Both the position numbers and the translations under genes were made by a program. DNA of 64,000 bases from Armatimonadota bacterium (GTDB taxonomy: Bacteria > Armatimonadota > UBA5829 > DSUL01), in assembly GCA_039811685.1 (NCBI GenBank), contig JBDHZC010000002.1, positions 128,001 through 192,000 on the forward strand, in the 5' to 3' direction. Below, one piece after another: positions 7,899-18,408 of the stretch (position 1 is its first letter; each line of letters opens with the position of its first letter). The notes below the pieces were generated by a model. The model was given only the letters and a program-made list of their open reading frames with translations. It ran no database searches and was not told the DNA's origin.

Positions 7899-10655
7899 CT
7901 ATCTTTTTCGCACACTCAAGTGCCGCACATACGGCAGGCTTCCACTCTCACGAAACGGTTTTCCGGAGCGCTCAAAATCCGCATACAGCAGGTAGTCTCC
8001 CGGCTCCTCCGGCGCGACGCCCCCAATAGCTGTGAGCAGCGCTTCACCCGGCGCTACTTTCTGTCCGGTTCGGACAGCGCAGGCAGTGTTCCAGTCTTCC
8101 GCTCTGGCTATCCCCCAGCGCAGCGCACAGTCCTCTCCCCACGTATCCCAGCCGTTGTTGCGCACTCCGATTTCAAAGGAAAAGGATTGTCCGGCGGCGA
8201 TTTCTGAACCCAGTGTGTCAAAGCTCCAGGCGGCCCGGGAGCCGTTAGTCCCGCCCAGGCTGTGCCTGAGCAGGTAGTAGAAGGTGTAAGGGTCCACAAG
8301 CGCATACGGCCGATCCGGCTGAAGCCCCTGAGCTCTGGTGATAAGCTGAGTCACATAGTCAGGACCGAGCAGAATGATGCGAAACGCCAAAAACTGCTCT
8401 CCCTGACGCCGATGCTGCGCCATCATAGCAGCGGATGCCTCCACATTGGCGTCCAGGTCCCCATAGATCAGTGCGACAGGCATCCCTGCGGTGAGATGGT
8501 TGTCTCCACGGTTCCAGTGCGGCTGCGTCGCCGTGCCGTCAGGGCTGAAACGCGCCGTCATTCGCTCAGCGCCTTCGGTCAACTGTCCCGCATGTCCGTT
8601 GATCAAGAAACCAGTGATGGAGTAGTCGAACTGACGGAAGAAGCGCTGGCAGTGTTCAACCCACAGATCTTCTGCGGACGGCAGGCCGGAGATCGGACGC
8701 GGCGATTGAAGTACAGTCGGGTTAACGTAGCCCGCCCCGGAGTCACCGGCTGTAAGGAAGTCCTGCGGTGTCTTGTTTTCGAACGCAAAGTGCAATCCGG
8801 GGGCCAGCCGCTCTGATAGATTCGGGTTGAAAGCCCAGCCCATCGGCACGCTTCCCCTGGTGGACTGCGCCCAGAGATCCTGCTCCCTGTGATACAGCCA
8901 CGCTGCCGAATCGAAGTCTCCCACGTACATCAGCGTAAAGCCCAGTGGGGCCAGGGCGCCGTCTTTGTCCATATAGCCCCTCTTACGAAGCTCGAGCGGA
9001 CTCGGCGCGGGGTTCTGGAGATAGCGCTCCGGCAGAGGCATCCACGACCAGAAGGACGCATTGGCCATCGCCGAAGTACCGATGGCATCGGCATCCAGGT
9101 AGGCGTTGTACGCAGAAAGAATACGCACAACCTCCCACTCCGTGTGGACTGCGTGGTGTTTGCCCGGCGGGTTTGAGATTTCCGTGTATTTGTGCGCCCA
9201 GGGCGTGAAACCAGAGACGTGAATCAGATGCCCCTTCGCCTGATTGCAGGCGCTTGCCATTATGCTTTTGAACGTCTCCAGGTCCGTCCCGAGCTTCTGG
9301 CCTGGATCGTCCTGCGGCGTCTCATCATCCCAATTCGAGAGATCGAATACAAAGCCTCGATGTTTTGTGATCCAGTCGTGATTGCTCAGGCAATGCTCCC
9401 ACCAGGGCAGACGGCCCGGGTTGGTCAGCCAGAAAGCATCCAGCCAGTAGCCGAGCTTTCGAGCGTTACAGCGGCCTGTATCCAGATAGCGCTCCCTGGC
9501 CCAGATGTAAGCGTCACACTTTGCGCTCCCGGTGGAGGGCTCAGACGTCTCCCAGATTGTCCCGGAGCCCTTGAAGCGCCCGCGCAAGTCCAGTTTCACA
9601 TTCAGCCCAGCCTCGCCAAACGCGCGGCCGAGCAGGCTCTGCGTGGAGCGTACTGGCAGGAGATCTTCAACACCTGAGGCGGTAGTGGCGACGTTTGACG
9701 TTGCGTTGACGTTCTCATCCCAGACGACAAGCCCGTTCACCGCATCTGGAAAGCGCTTCAAAACATCGACAATGGCCTGCTCCGGGTTGCCCTCGGATTT
9801 GACGGTCGTGAAGGTGGCCTTTTCCAGCCAAGCGCCCTGTTTGCGCAGATACGCAAGCCACTCGTCGTCCTGCGGCATAAGCCGTACGGCCATACGGGGA
9901 CGGGGGCGATTGACGATGCCCTGAAGACACGCTGCGGCGTGCAAAAGTTCGTACATGCGCACAGAGTTCTCAGAGTTGTTCTGAATATCCCATGATCCGA
10001 CCTCAGAGATGTCCAGCACGACGATTTCGCCTGTCTCCTGCGGAGAACGCCAGACGAAAAAGCGAGACGCCGCAGACGCTTTGCTTATGTGGCTCTCGGC
10101 GCGTACCTGCACGCTGTGGAGCCCGGACTTCACGTCCAGAAAGACCTCCTGCTCTCCAGCCTTCAGCTCAATCTGAACAGCCTGGTCATCTACACGGACT
10201 TCCAGTGATCCCAACTCGGAGCCAGGCGCGACTTCTGCGTCCCACCGCACGCGGACACGCGGACCGATGACTCTTCCCGCGTCTATTGGCTCGAGCAGCC
10301 TCACGACAGGTGAAGGCGGAGTCTGAAAAGCGCTCTGCTGTGACCAGTCACTCCAGTGCCCATCCACCAGCACCCGCACCCTTGCGCTGAAAGCGGAAGA
10401 ACCCGGCAGCGTGGCGCACCGCGTGCGGTACTCGCGGCTGCTCATCTCTCCAGAGTCCCACACGACGCCCTGCTCGCTCTGAACCTGCGCCTGCCACTTG
10501 TCGTGCGGAGGTCCGATGAAGGCGACCCACGGCTGCAGCGTATCAATGACGCCTTCAGGATAGCTCACGCGCAGGTCGTCAGCACTTTTTGCCGAAGCCC
10601 GGCTGCCCAGGCAAAGCGCAAAGCAAAGAGCGGTCAGAATTGTCACATACATCAT
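7899..10655 (-). CDS. Secreted GxGYxYP-domain protein (putative glycoside hydrolase) with Ig/Fn3-like N-terminus
   Basis: Signal peptide; LQGIVNR..P, VVWD..V.ATSNVATT.SGVE, YVGDFDSAAW, GDSGAGYVNP; C-terminal Ig-like 'VRNNGWDTW' domain. Confidence 0.8.
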   Translation of the reverse strand: MMYVTILTALCFALCLGSRASAKSADDLRVSYPEGVIDTLQPWVAFIGPPHDKWQAQVQSEQGVVWDSGEMSSREYRTRCATLPGSSAFSARVRVLVDGHWSDWSQQSAFQTPPSPVVRLLEPIDAGRVIGPRVRVRWDAEVAPGSELGSLEVRVDDQAVQIELKAGEQEVFLDVKSGLHSVQVRAESHISKASAASRFFVWRSPQETGEIVVLDISEVGSWDIQNNSENSVRMYELLHAAACLQGIVNRPRPRMAVRLMPQDDEWLAYLRKQGAWLEKATFTTVKSEGNPEQAIVDVLKRFPDAVNGLVVWDENVNATSNVATTASGVEDLLPVRSTQSLLGRAFGEAGLNVKLDLRGRFKGSGTIWETSEPSTGSAKCDAYIWARERYLDTGRCNARKLGYWLDAFWLTNPGRLPWWEHCLSNHDWITKHRGFVFDLSNWDDETPQDDPGQKLGTDLETFKSIMASACNQAKGHLIHVSGFTPWAHKYTEISNPPGKHHAVHTEWEVVRILSAYNAYLDADAIGTSAMANASFWSWMPLPERYLQNPAPSPLELRKRGYMDKDGALAPLGFTLMYVGDFDSAAWLYHREQDLWAQSTRGSVPMGWAFNPNLSERLAPGLHFAFENKTPQDFLTAGDSGAGYVNPTVLQSPRPISGLPSAEDLWVEHCQRFFRQFDYSITGFLINGHAGQLTEGAERMTARFSPDGTATQPHWNRGDNHLTAGMPVALIYGDLDANVEASAAMMAQHRRQGEQFLAFRIILLGPDYVTQLITRAQGLQPDRPYALVDPYTFYYLLRHSLGGTNGSRAAWSFDTLGSEIAAGQSFSFEIGVRNNGWDTWGEDCALRWGIARAEDWNTACAVRTGQKVAPGEALLTAIGGVAPEEPGDYLLYADFERSGKPFRESGSLPYVRHLSVRKR

Positions 10656-10712
10656 TTGGCCAGAGTGTCTCCAGTGAGTTTGATGGGAACAAAGAGAAGT
10701 CTTCTGCGCAGT

Positions 10713-12053
10713 TCAAAGCTGAGCTTCGATAGCGGCAAGCTGTACAGGCCGGCTGCCAGAGTCCTCCGCAACGCACAGCCCCGGAACCCAGACGATTGTC
10801 TCCCCGGCACACACAATCGGAATGCGCCGGCGCTGCTCTGCCGGAACTTTGGCATCGACAAACAGGTCCTGGAGCTTCTTGGTTCCGCCCAGCCCGCGTG
10901 GGCGCATCCGGTCTCCGGGTCGCCAGCTTCGCGCGCGCAGGTTGTCGTCCGCCACGCGCACCTGCGCCTTCCATGCGCTGTCAGGAACATCCTCCGCATT
11001 TACAAACAGGGTAATCTGCGCTTCCCGGATATCCAAAGACCCAGCGCCCGGTAGAGGGTAGTCAAACGGTTCCGGTTCAGGGAGCGCCAGACTCAGAGCC
11101 AGGACGCCAGCATCTACGCTGACGGAGACTCCCAACCCAATATCTTCAGGAGGTGACTCCGGGCGCTGCGCCGCGGCCAGACAGCGATCGACCATTTCTA
11201 AGGAGACGTCACGCGTATGACCCAGCAGACCCTCCAGAGCGCACCGGACTGCCCTTCGCGCAAGGGCCGGGCGCTCGGTTGACAGGCGGCTCGCGTCAAG
11301 AGCGCGCAAATGCTCGCAAGCCTCAACCAGCGCAGACTCATACGCCTTCTGTCCGAACTCTGCAAGCAGGTCGTCTTCCAGGCTGGCTACATCAGCCAGA
11401 CGGCACAGAGACGTAGTCAGCGCGGGGTTTATCTGCTTTCTGATAAGCGGCATCACTTCAAGGCGCAGAAGGTTGCGCGCATATCTAGGCGAGGTATTGG
11501 AGAGGTCTTCCCGCCACGCCTGGCCGTGCGCGTGCAGGAAGGACACAATCTCCCGCCGCGTACGTCTCAGCAACGCCCTGCGATACTGCCCCCGTCGCCA
11601 GTCCATTCCGCGAGCCCCCCGCAACCCGGCGCCCCGGACAATGTTGAGCAGCACGGTCTCCGCACGGTCGTCCGCCGTGTGCCCGGTAGCGATAACGCTG
11701 CAGTCCATTGCCTTTGCCGCACTTTCCAGAAAAGCCAGCCTCTCCTTCCTTGCGTCGTCTTCAGAGGAGCTACTGTCCAGTTTGTCACTCGCGCCAATCT
11801 GAAGCGGAACTCCCAGGCGCGCGCACAGATCGTCCACAAAATCTGCGTCCGCGCCGCTGTCTGACCGCATCCGATGATCGAAATGCGCCGCTCGAATCTC
11901 CACATCCAACTCTCCGGCAAGCTCCTGAAGCGCAAGCAGCAGAGCCGTACTGTCCGCTCCTCCAGACACCGCCGCCAGAATACGGTCGCCGGTCTCAAAC
12001 AGCTTATGACGCTCAATGTCGCTTTGCACGCGCTGCGAAAAGGGTGTGATCAT
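10713..12053 (-). CDS. tilS: tRNA(Ile)-lysidine synthetase
   Basis: AVSGGADS PP-loop, HFDHRMR, TGHTADDRAET, D.SN....Y.RN.LR, C-terminal GGTKKLQDLFVDAKVP. Confidence 0.96.
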   Translation of the reverse strand: MITPFSQRVQSDIERHKLFETGDRILAAVSGGADSTALLLALQELAGELDVEIRAAHFDHRMRSDSGADADFVDDLCARLGVPLQIGASDKLDSSSSEDDARKERLAFLESAAKAMDCSVIATGHTADDRAETVLLNIVRGAGLRGARGMDWRRGQYRRALLRRTRREIVSFLHAHGQAWREDLSNTSPRYARNLLRLEVMPLIRKQINPALTTSLCRLADVASLEDDLLAEFGQKAYESALVEACEHLRALDASRLSTERPALARRAVRCALEGLLGHTRDVSLEMVDRCLAAAQRPESPPEDIGLGVSVSVDAGVLALSLALPEPEPFDYPLPGAGSLDIREAQITLFVNAEDVPDSAWKAQVRVADDNLRARSWRPGDRMRPRGLGGTKKLQDLFVDAKVPAEQRRRIPIVCAGETIVWVPGLCVAEDSGSRPVQLAAIEAQL

Positions 12054-12233
12054 GGAAGTCCATTCCTGCGCTGTAAGACGTGTCCGAAGTGAGTCAGTTT
12101 TGCGTATAATGCTGATAGAGACATAAGAGATACACTCACCACTCCTGGCGTCGCCACGAACACCGGGAGAGTTGTTTTGCTCTCAGATCCACAGCGCTTC
12201 CACAGGCGCGGTGGGAGAGGATGTTGCACGAAT

Positions 12234-13121
12234 ATGTTAGCTGAAGAATCCACCTGGAGAACAAAAGTCGGGCTGGCCGAAATGCTTCGCGGCGGCGTCA
12301 TAATGGACGTCACAAACGTGGAGCAGGCGAAAATCGCGGAAGACGCCGGAGCAGTTTCTGTTATGGCTCTGGAGCGCGTCCCCTCGGACATCCGCAAAGA
12401 CGGCGGCGTGGCCCGGATGTCTGACCCGGACATGATTGTACGGATTATGGACGCTGTGAGCATCCCTGTCATGGCGAAGTGCCGTATCGGGCACTTCGGT
12501 GAAGCCCAGGTGCTTGAGGCTATCGGCGTGGACTTCATTGACGAATCGGAAGTGCTGACGCCGGCTGACGAAGAAAACCACGTGGATAAGCACCAGTTCA
12601 AGGTGCCTTTTGTGTGCGGATGCCGCAATCTGGGTGAAGCGCTGCGCAGAATCGGCGAAGGAGCGGCGATGATCCGGACGAAAGGCGAAGCGGGCTCGGG
12701 TAACGTCGTGGAAGCGGTGCGGCACATGCGCACGGTTATCAAGGAGATGCGCGCAATCCAGGCGCTGCGCTCTGATGAGTTGATGGCTGTAGCCAAGAAT
12801 CTCCAGGCGCCTTATGAGCAGGTGAGCTACATTCACGAGCACGGGAAGCTCCCTGTCCCCAACTTCAGCGCCGGAGGAATCGCCACACCCGCTGACGCTG
12901 CGATGATGATGCAGCTTGGCGCGGAGACGGTTTTTGTCGGCAGCGGTATCTTCAAGAGCTCCGATCCGGTGAAATACGCTCGCGCCATTGTGCTCGCGAC
13001 CCAGCACTACGAAGACCCGGGAGAAGTCGCCAGGGTTTCCAAAGGCTTGCCAAAGGCGATGGAGGGTCTCGACGTTCGCCAGATGGATGAGAGCGAGCTG
13101 ATGGCCACACGCGGCTGGTAA
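12234..13121 (+). CDS. pdxS: Pyridoxal 5'-phosphate synthase lyase subunit
   Basis: [41 protein letters not shown], ending RGW. Start ATG 12234. Confidence 0.98.
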   Translation: MLAEESTWRTKVGLAEMLRGGVIMDVTNVEQAKIAEDAGAVSVMALERVPSDIRKDGGVARMSDPDMIVRIMDAVSIPVMAKCRIGHFGEAQVLEAIGVDFIDESEVLTPADEENHVDKHQFKVPFVCGCRNLGEALRRIGEGAAMIRTKGEAGSGNVVEAVRHMRTVIKEMRAIQALRSDELMAVAKNLQAPYEQVSYIHEHGKLPVPNFSAGGIATPADAAMMMQLGAETVFVGSGIFKSSDPVKYARAIVLATQHYEDPGEVARVSKGLPKAMEGLDVRQMDESELMATRGW

Positions 13122-13144
13122 GCGGCGCAGAGGGAGAGACAGCA

Positions 13145-13765
13145 CTGACCTGCGAACAGTCTCTACCGCCGCCCGGAGACACGCTCGAGCCAGTTATCGG
13201 AGTGCTGGACTTTCAGGGAGACGTCCGGGAGCATGTCGCGGTTCTGGATGCGTTGAAGACACCATCAGTGCGCGTGAAGCGCGAGGAGCAGCTTGAAACA
13301 GTAGCCGGACTGATCATCCCCGGGGGCGAAAGCACAACTATTGGCAATCTGCTGCGGCATTATGGCATGGACGAGGCTATCCGCCGGCGTCACGCGAAAG
13401 GGATGGCTGTTTTTGGCACGTGTGCAGGGCTGATCCTGATGGCCCGAGAGATTCAGGGCAGCCAGCAACCCCGCCTGGGATTGATGGACATCACCGCAGC
13501 CCGGAACGCTTTTGGGCGTCAGATTCAGAGCTTTGAAACTGATCTTTCCGTTCCCACTCTCGGCGAGGCGCCACTGCGCGCAGTCTTCATTCGCGCGCCT
13601 TATGTTTCAAGAGTGGGCGAGGGAGTCGAGACTCTGGCGACATTCAGAAACAGAATCGTCCTGGTGCGGCAGAGCAACCTGCTGGCGGCCGCGTTTCATC
13701 CGGAGTTGGTTGGTGAAACGCGCGCGCATCGGCTGTTTGTAGACATTGTGCGCGGACGCGCGTAG
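13145..13765 (+). CDS. pdxT: Pyridoxal 5'-phosphate synthase glutaminase subunit
   Basis: VIGVLDFQG, PGGESTT, GTCAGLI, RNAFGRQ, FIRAP, FHPE. Start uncertain: GTG 13202 in the ORF track, CTG 13145 proposed here. Confidence 0.95.
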   Translation: MTCEQSLPPPGDTLEPVIGVLDFQGDVREHVAVLDALKTPSVRVKREEQLETVAGLIIPGGESTTIGNLLRHYGMDEAIRRRHAKGMAVFGTCAGLILMAREIQGSQQPRLGLMDITAARNAFGRQIQSFETDLSVPTLGEAPLRAVFIRAPYVSRVGEGVETLATFRNRIVLVRQSNLLAAAFHPELVGETRAHRLFVDIVRGRA

Positions 13766-13775
13766 AGAGGCGCAC

Positions 13776-14927
13776 GTGAGTGAGGCGAGAGTCGTGAGAG
13801 CCCGAGCTGTCTTGCTGGCCGTGACAGGCTTCTTGATTTCACCTGCGCTCTCGGGGTGCGGCCATCATCCTTCTACCTCCGAACCCCAGCCTTCGCGCAT
13901 CTCCGTTCTCTACACATCCGCTGCTCCTGACGTCCAACAGTTGATGGTAGCCCCGGACGGTCAGGCAGCCGGTTACCTGGACAAAGGCGGGACGGTGCAT
14001 TTGTTTCAAGCAGACGGACGCCAGGCACTGCAATACGAAGAGAAGGGCGCCGCCTTCGCTGCTTTGAGCAATTCAGCCGAACGCTGTGTGCTGGCGCAGA
14101 AGCTGCGTCGCGGATGGGCGATCAAGATTATCACTCTCCAGGGCGAAACAGTATGGCGTCAGACAATGAGTGATACTCTGCTGGATGTAGCAATTACTCC
14201 TGACGGGCAAAGTGCTTTTGCTACAACGGACGGCCAGCGGATGTACGTCATCGATTTGTCCAGTTCTCCGAGGTGGCGTCGTATCCGGACAGACTACACG
14301 CTCAGCCGTCTGCGGTACGATCCGGTAGCTGGAGCACTGCTGGTTCAAACGACTCAGCCGATGGGCTTCGGCATGTGCACGCCCGAAGGAAAGATCCGTT
14401 GGTGGCAACCCCAGCGGATTGGGAAATTTCACCTGTCCTTCGGGGCTGAGGGCGCTGTCATCCTGACAGTGCTGGAGCATCTTTCCCCAAGACCTGGTGT
14501 GAATGTGACTGCGTACAACGCCGCCGGCAGACAGCTCTTTACCCGCTCCATTGAAGGATATGACCCGCGCGCGGCGATTTCCGCCGACGGCAAGGCGATC
14601 GCTGTCAGCTTCAGGCGGAAGCTGGCGCACAAGGATAAATCTGTAATGGAGCGCAGAGTTGCGCTCTGGGACATAAGCGGACGCACAGTCTGGGAGCAGG
14701 GAGGGCTGTTCTTTAAGCCTGTGCTTCAGGGTCTGACGGATTCACCTTTCGGCGTACTTCTTGCGGAGGATTACACGCTGCTGTCTGCCGTGGATGGTAA
14801 AGGACGCCTGGCCTGGCGCGGGCCGGAATTACCAGGGCGGATAGTGGGCTTAACACATGACGATGCGTGGAAGATAGCGTGGGCGCAGTACACTAACGGA
14901 ACGCTTGAGTTGTGGCGGCCCGGCTGA
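13776..14927 (+). CDS. Lipoprotein with WD40/PQQ-like beta-propeller
   Basis: Lipobox LSGC after a hydrophobic stretch; repeated (V/I)(S/A/T)(P/A)DG and G..W blade motifs. Start GTG 13776 after GAGAGG. Confidence 0.7.
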   Translation: MSEARVVRARAVLLAVTGFLISPALSGCGHHPSTSEPQPSRISVLYTSAAPDVQQLMVAPDGQAAGYLDKGGTVHLFQADGRQALQYEEKGAAFAALSNSAERCVLAQKLRRGWAIKIITLQGETVWRQTMSDTLLDVAITPDGQSAFATTDGQRMYVIDLSSSPRWRRIRTDYTLSRLRYDPVAGALLVQTTQPMGFGMCTPEGKIRWWQPQRIGKFHLSFGAEGAVILTVLEHLSPRPGVNVTAYNAAGRQLFTRSIEGYDPRAAISADGKAIAVSFRRKLAHKDKSVMERRVALWDISGRTVWEQGGLFFKPVLQGLTDSPFGVLLAEDYTLLSAVDGKGRLAWRGPELPGRIVGLTHDDAWKIAWAQYTNGTLELWRPG

Positions 14928-14943
14928 GAGGGATTATTGCGGC

Positions 14944-15804
14944 ATGCGCTGGGCCAGACTGACAGTTGAAACCAAACCCGATACCGAAGAAGCCGTCGCT
15001 TTCATTTTGACGGAGGCGTGCGGAGGCGTGAGTATCGCGCAAGACTGTATAAACGCGTGGCTTCCTCTGGACGACCGCCTGGAACCAACTCTTCTCCGGG
15101 TGAGAGACAGGCTGGACGAAATAGAGGGCGCGAGATCGGGCGATAGGGCTGGCTCGACGCTGAGCGTTACCCCTGTGGAAGATGACAACTGGACGCTTGC
15201 CTACCGGGAGTTTTTCCGCCCGGTGCAGGCAGGAAGATTCTGGATCAAGCCTCCATGGAGCACTGAGGACGACGATCTGCAGCCGAAGGATTCTATCGCG
15301 CTGATCCTCGATCCGGGCATGGCTTTTGGAACAGGGCATCATCCGACGACGCAGATGATGCTCGAGGCGCTCTCTGAGAACCCGCCGCAACACCGGAGCG
15401 TACTGGACGTTGGCGCGGGAAGCGCGGTTCTCAGTATCGCGGCTGCCAGGCTGGGCGCTTCTCGCGTGGTCGCCGTGGAAGTGGACCCGGTTGCCGAAGA
15501 GAATGCGCGCCTCAACATCGCGCTCAATTCGGTGGAGTCACAGGTGGAGTACAAGGTTCAGGATGGGCCACCAGGGGAAGAATGCGTTTTCGACCTGGCG
15601 TTGATGAACATTGTCGCAAGCGTCATTGCGCGTCTGGCGCCTGCGGTGGAACGCACTCTCAAAAGTGGCGCGTTGCTCGCCTGCTCCGGAGTGATTGAAG
15701 AAAGGGCGGAAGAAGTCCGGCAGCGACTGATAGAGTGTGGATTTGTCCACGTTGAAACGCGTTCGAGCGCTGAATGGCGGGCGATTATCGCGCGCAAACG
15801 ATGA
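14944..15804 (+). CDS. prmA: Ribosomal protein L11 methyltransferase
   Basis: LDPGMAFGTGHHPTT, VLDVGAGSAVLSIAA. Confidence 0.96.
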   Translation: MRWARLTVETKPDTEEAVAFILTEACGGVSIAQDCINAWLPLDDRLEPTLLRVRDRLDEIEGARSGDRAGSTLSVTPVEDDNWTLAYREFFRPVQAGRFWIKPPWSTEDDDLQPKDSIALILDPGMAFGTGHHPTTQMMLEALSENPPQHRSVLDVGAGSAVLSIAAARLGASRVVAVEVDPVAEENARLNIALNSVESQVEYKVQDGPPGEECVFDLALMNIVASVIARLAPAVERTLKSGALLACSGVIEERAEEVRQRLIECGFVHVETRSSAEWRAIIARKR

Positions 15805-16556
15805 TGGATACTCCTCTCCAACTCTTCCGTCGCCTGACACGCGTGTTCGTTAGTCCCGAGTCAGTGACGGGCGATCAGGTGAAATTGGGGGAGGCACAGA
15901 CGCGCCATGTGTTACGCGTTCTGCGCAAGTCTGAAGGGGACCTGGTTGCAATTCTGGATGGGGCAGGCCGAGGATGGATAGCAACTCTGGAGAACTGCTC
16001 CAGGACCGGCGCTGTCGCAAGGCTTCTGGACGCAATCCCGAATCCAGATCAGGGGATGCGGCGTGTAGAGATCGTAATGCCTGCGCTGAAAGGTGAGCGG
16101 ATGGAGCTGGCGCTTCAGAAGTGCACGGAGATAGGTGTATGCGCCTTTCACATTGTGCCGATGGAGCGCAGCGTCGTGCGCATCGGAGAGGATACGGACA
16201 AAAAACTCAGCCGCTACGCAGCCGTAGTGACGGCAGCGGCGGAGCAGTGCGGCGCTTTTCTTGTCCCCTCCATCAAAATCTGGGCGAGCTCAGCAGAGTT
16301 TCTGAGTCACCCGGGGCCCACCCGGCGTTATATCGCATGGGAGGAGCAGGCTGCGGGCTTGCCGCCGGGGCTGACCAGCGCAAATGAGGACTGCCTGTTG
16401 GCAAGCGGGCCAGAAGGCGGACTGCCGGAGGCGGAAGTGGAGCGCTGGAAGGCAGCGAAATTCACTCCTGTAGGACTGGGACGCAGAGTTCTGCGGGCAG
16501 AAACGGCGCCAATAGTTCTGGCAGCTCTGGCCTTATGCGCAAATTCCGCCCCATGA
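15801..16556 (+). CDS. rsmE: 16S rRNA m3U1498 methyltransferase
   Basis: HVLRVLR, QKCTEIGV, AAEQC, GPEGGL, LGRRVLRAETA. Follows prmA with ATGA overlap. Confidence 0.96.
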   Translation: MMDTPLQLFRRLTRVFVSPESVTGDQVKLGEAQTRHVLRVLRKSEGDLVAILDGAGRGWIATLENCSRTGAVARLLDAIPNPDQGMRRVEIVMPALKGERMELALQKCTEIGVCAFHIVPMERSVVRIGEDTDKKLSRYAAVVTAAAEQCGAFLVPSIKIWASSAEFLSHPGPTRRYIAWEEQAAGLPPGLTSANEDCLLASGPEGGLPEAEVERWKAAKFTPVGLGRRVLRAETAPIVLAALALCANSAP

Positions 16557-16617
16557 AGGCGCTTCACAGGGTATCATGAGTACGTAGGCGGCTTCCCAAA
16601 CAGGCGCCATCAGCGAT

Positions 16618-18408
16618 ATGCGTAAAACCAAAACTACAGAGTCCAACAATCCAAGAAGCACTGAGACGATTGCTCGGCAACCACAGGAAGACGATCAGGA
16701 CTTTGACGGAACGGAGCGGGCCGAACCCGAACGCTCCAATGGGCATCCGCACAACAGCGCAAGCTCCGGAGGGATGACCCAGAAGCAGCAGTTTGAGCAG
16801 TACTTCGGCAAACAGCTGGAGGTTACAGATGACCTTGAACAGCTCACTGCGATCATGCCCGCCGAAGTTCGGGAAGTCCTTGTTGCGCAGCCCGATCTGA
16901 AGGAGCTTTTTGAAGTCGTGCTCGATCTTGGCCGGCAACCAGAGGCGCGCTTTGCCAACCGTGTCATGTTCCTCAGCGAAGCTCCCGTGACGCACGAGCA
17001 GCTTGAGATGGTTGTGGAGCGTGTCGGTGAGTTTGGCAAAGACAACCGGGCCGGCATCGAGCGCACTCTCCACCGCATTTCCGCTATCCGCAATCGGCAG
17101 GGAAAGATTATCGGCCTGACCTGTCGCGTCGGGCGCGCTATTTTCGGGACAATTGACATCATCCGCGACGTTGTTGAGAGCGGCAAGAGCGTGCTTCTGC
17201 TCGGACGCCCCGGAGTTGGCAAGACAACCAAGCTGCGCGAGATCGCTCGCGTGCTGAGCGACGAATTCCTCAAACGTGTCGTGATCGTGGATACGTCAAA
17301 CGAGATCGGCGGCGATGGTGACGTTCCACATCCGGCCGTCGGGCGGGCCAGGAGAATGCAGGTGGTAACACCGGAGCTTCAACACGCAGTGATGATTGAG
17401 GCTGTGGAAAACCACATGCCAGAGTGCATTGTGATCGATGAGATTGGCGTGGAAGAAGAGACTTTCGCCGCCCGTACTATTGCCGAGCGCGGCGTCCAGC
17501 TTGTGGCGACGGCTCACGGCAACTCCCTGGAAAACCTTCTTCAGAACCCGACTCTCTCCGACCTGATTGGGGGGATCCAGGCGGTGACTCTCAGTGACGA
17601 AGAAGCGCGGCGACGCGGCACTCAGAAAACAGTGCTGGAGCGCAAAGCGCCGCCGACGTTTGACGTTCTCATTGAGATCATGGAGAAAGACAAACTGGCG
17701 ATCCACCACGACGTCAGCCGCGCCGTCGACGCCTTTCTGCGAGGCGCGACTCCACGCCCGGAGATCAGGATCCGCAATCCGCAGGGCGACGTAGAGGTCG
17801 TGCAGCAGGCAGACGCGGACGTGCGCATGGAGAGCGACGCTCGAGAGCGCTATAGAATTGGAAGAGACAGTGAACGGATGCGGGATCGCGGCAAGGAGCG
17901 ATTTGCTGCCCGGGGACGCGAGGAGACAGCAGAGCGTCCACGGCACCCATTGCCCGCGACCGTTCGCATTTTTCCCTACGGAGTAAGCCGAAATCGGCTG
18001 GAGCGAGCGATCCGCGAATTGCGCGTTCCTGCGCACATAACGAACGACGCACAGGACGCTGACGCAGTTATTGCGCTCAAGGCACACTTTCGGCGAGAGC
18101 CTCCACGCCTGCGTGACGCGCAGAAGCAGAACGTCGGGACTTTCGTGGTCAAGAGCAATACCTACACCCAGATTGCCAACACCGTGCGCGAAATGTTTTC
18201 GATGAGCAGCAACGAGGGAGAGGACGCGGCGCTGACCGAAGCGCGTGAGGCCATTGACCGTGTGCTGGAGTGCAGCGAACCCGTTGAGTTGATGCCCCAG
18301 TCGAGCTATGTCCGGCGACTGCAGCATCAGCTTGTCGAACAGCACGACCTGACATCCTCCAGCATTGGGACTGAACCGTTCCGCCGTGTGAGAATCACCA
18401 AGGCATGA
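16618..18408 (+). CDS. Ycf45/SpoIIIAA-like AAA+ ATPase with C-terminal R3H domain
   Basis: [43 protein letters not shown]3H motif RRLQH. Confidence 0.9.
   Translation: MRKTKTTESNNPRSTETIARQPQEDDQDFDGTERAEPERSNGHPHNSASSGGMTQKQQFEQYFGKQLEVTDDLEQLTAIMPAEVREVLVAQPDLKELFEVVLDLGRQPEARFANRVMFLSEAPVTHEQLEMVVERVGEFGKDNRAGIERTLHRISAIRNRQGKIIGLTCRVGRAIFGTIDIIRDVVESGKSVLLLGRPGVGKTTKLREIARVLSDEFLKRVVIVDTSNEIGGDGDVPHPAVGRARRMQVVTPELQHAVMIEAVENHMPECIVIDEIGVEEETFAARTIAERGVQLVATAHGNSLENLLQNPTLSDLIGGIQAVTLSDEEARRRGTQKTVLERKAPPTFDVLIEIMEKDKLAIHHDVSRAVDAFLRGATPRPEIRIRNPQGDVEVVQQADADVRMESDARERYRIGRDSERMRDRGKERFAARGREETAERPRHPLPATVRIFPYGVSRNRLERAIRELRVPAHITNDAQDADAVIALKAHFRREPPRLRDAQKQNVGTFVVKSNTYTQIANTVREMFSMSSNEGEDAALTEAREAIDRVLECSEPVELMPQSSYVRRLQHQLVEQHDLTSSSIGTEPFRRVRITKA

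Noticed and set aside
7606..8207. Plus-strand reading of AAGGAGGGTG as an SD for small ORFs (e.g. 7827..8207) or a type I toxin
   Set aside because: The GTG abuts the SD, the two units give unrelated non-hydrophobic peptides, and the promoter motifs and U tracts all point to the minus strand.
12050..18345. Long antisense ORFs (12050..12796, 12237..13145, 17296..18345) and similar ones elsewhere
   Set aside because: Shadow frames opposite well-supported genes in GC-rich DNA, with no motifs of their own.
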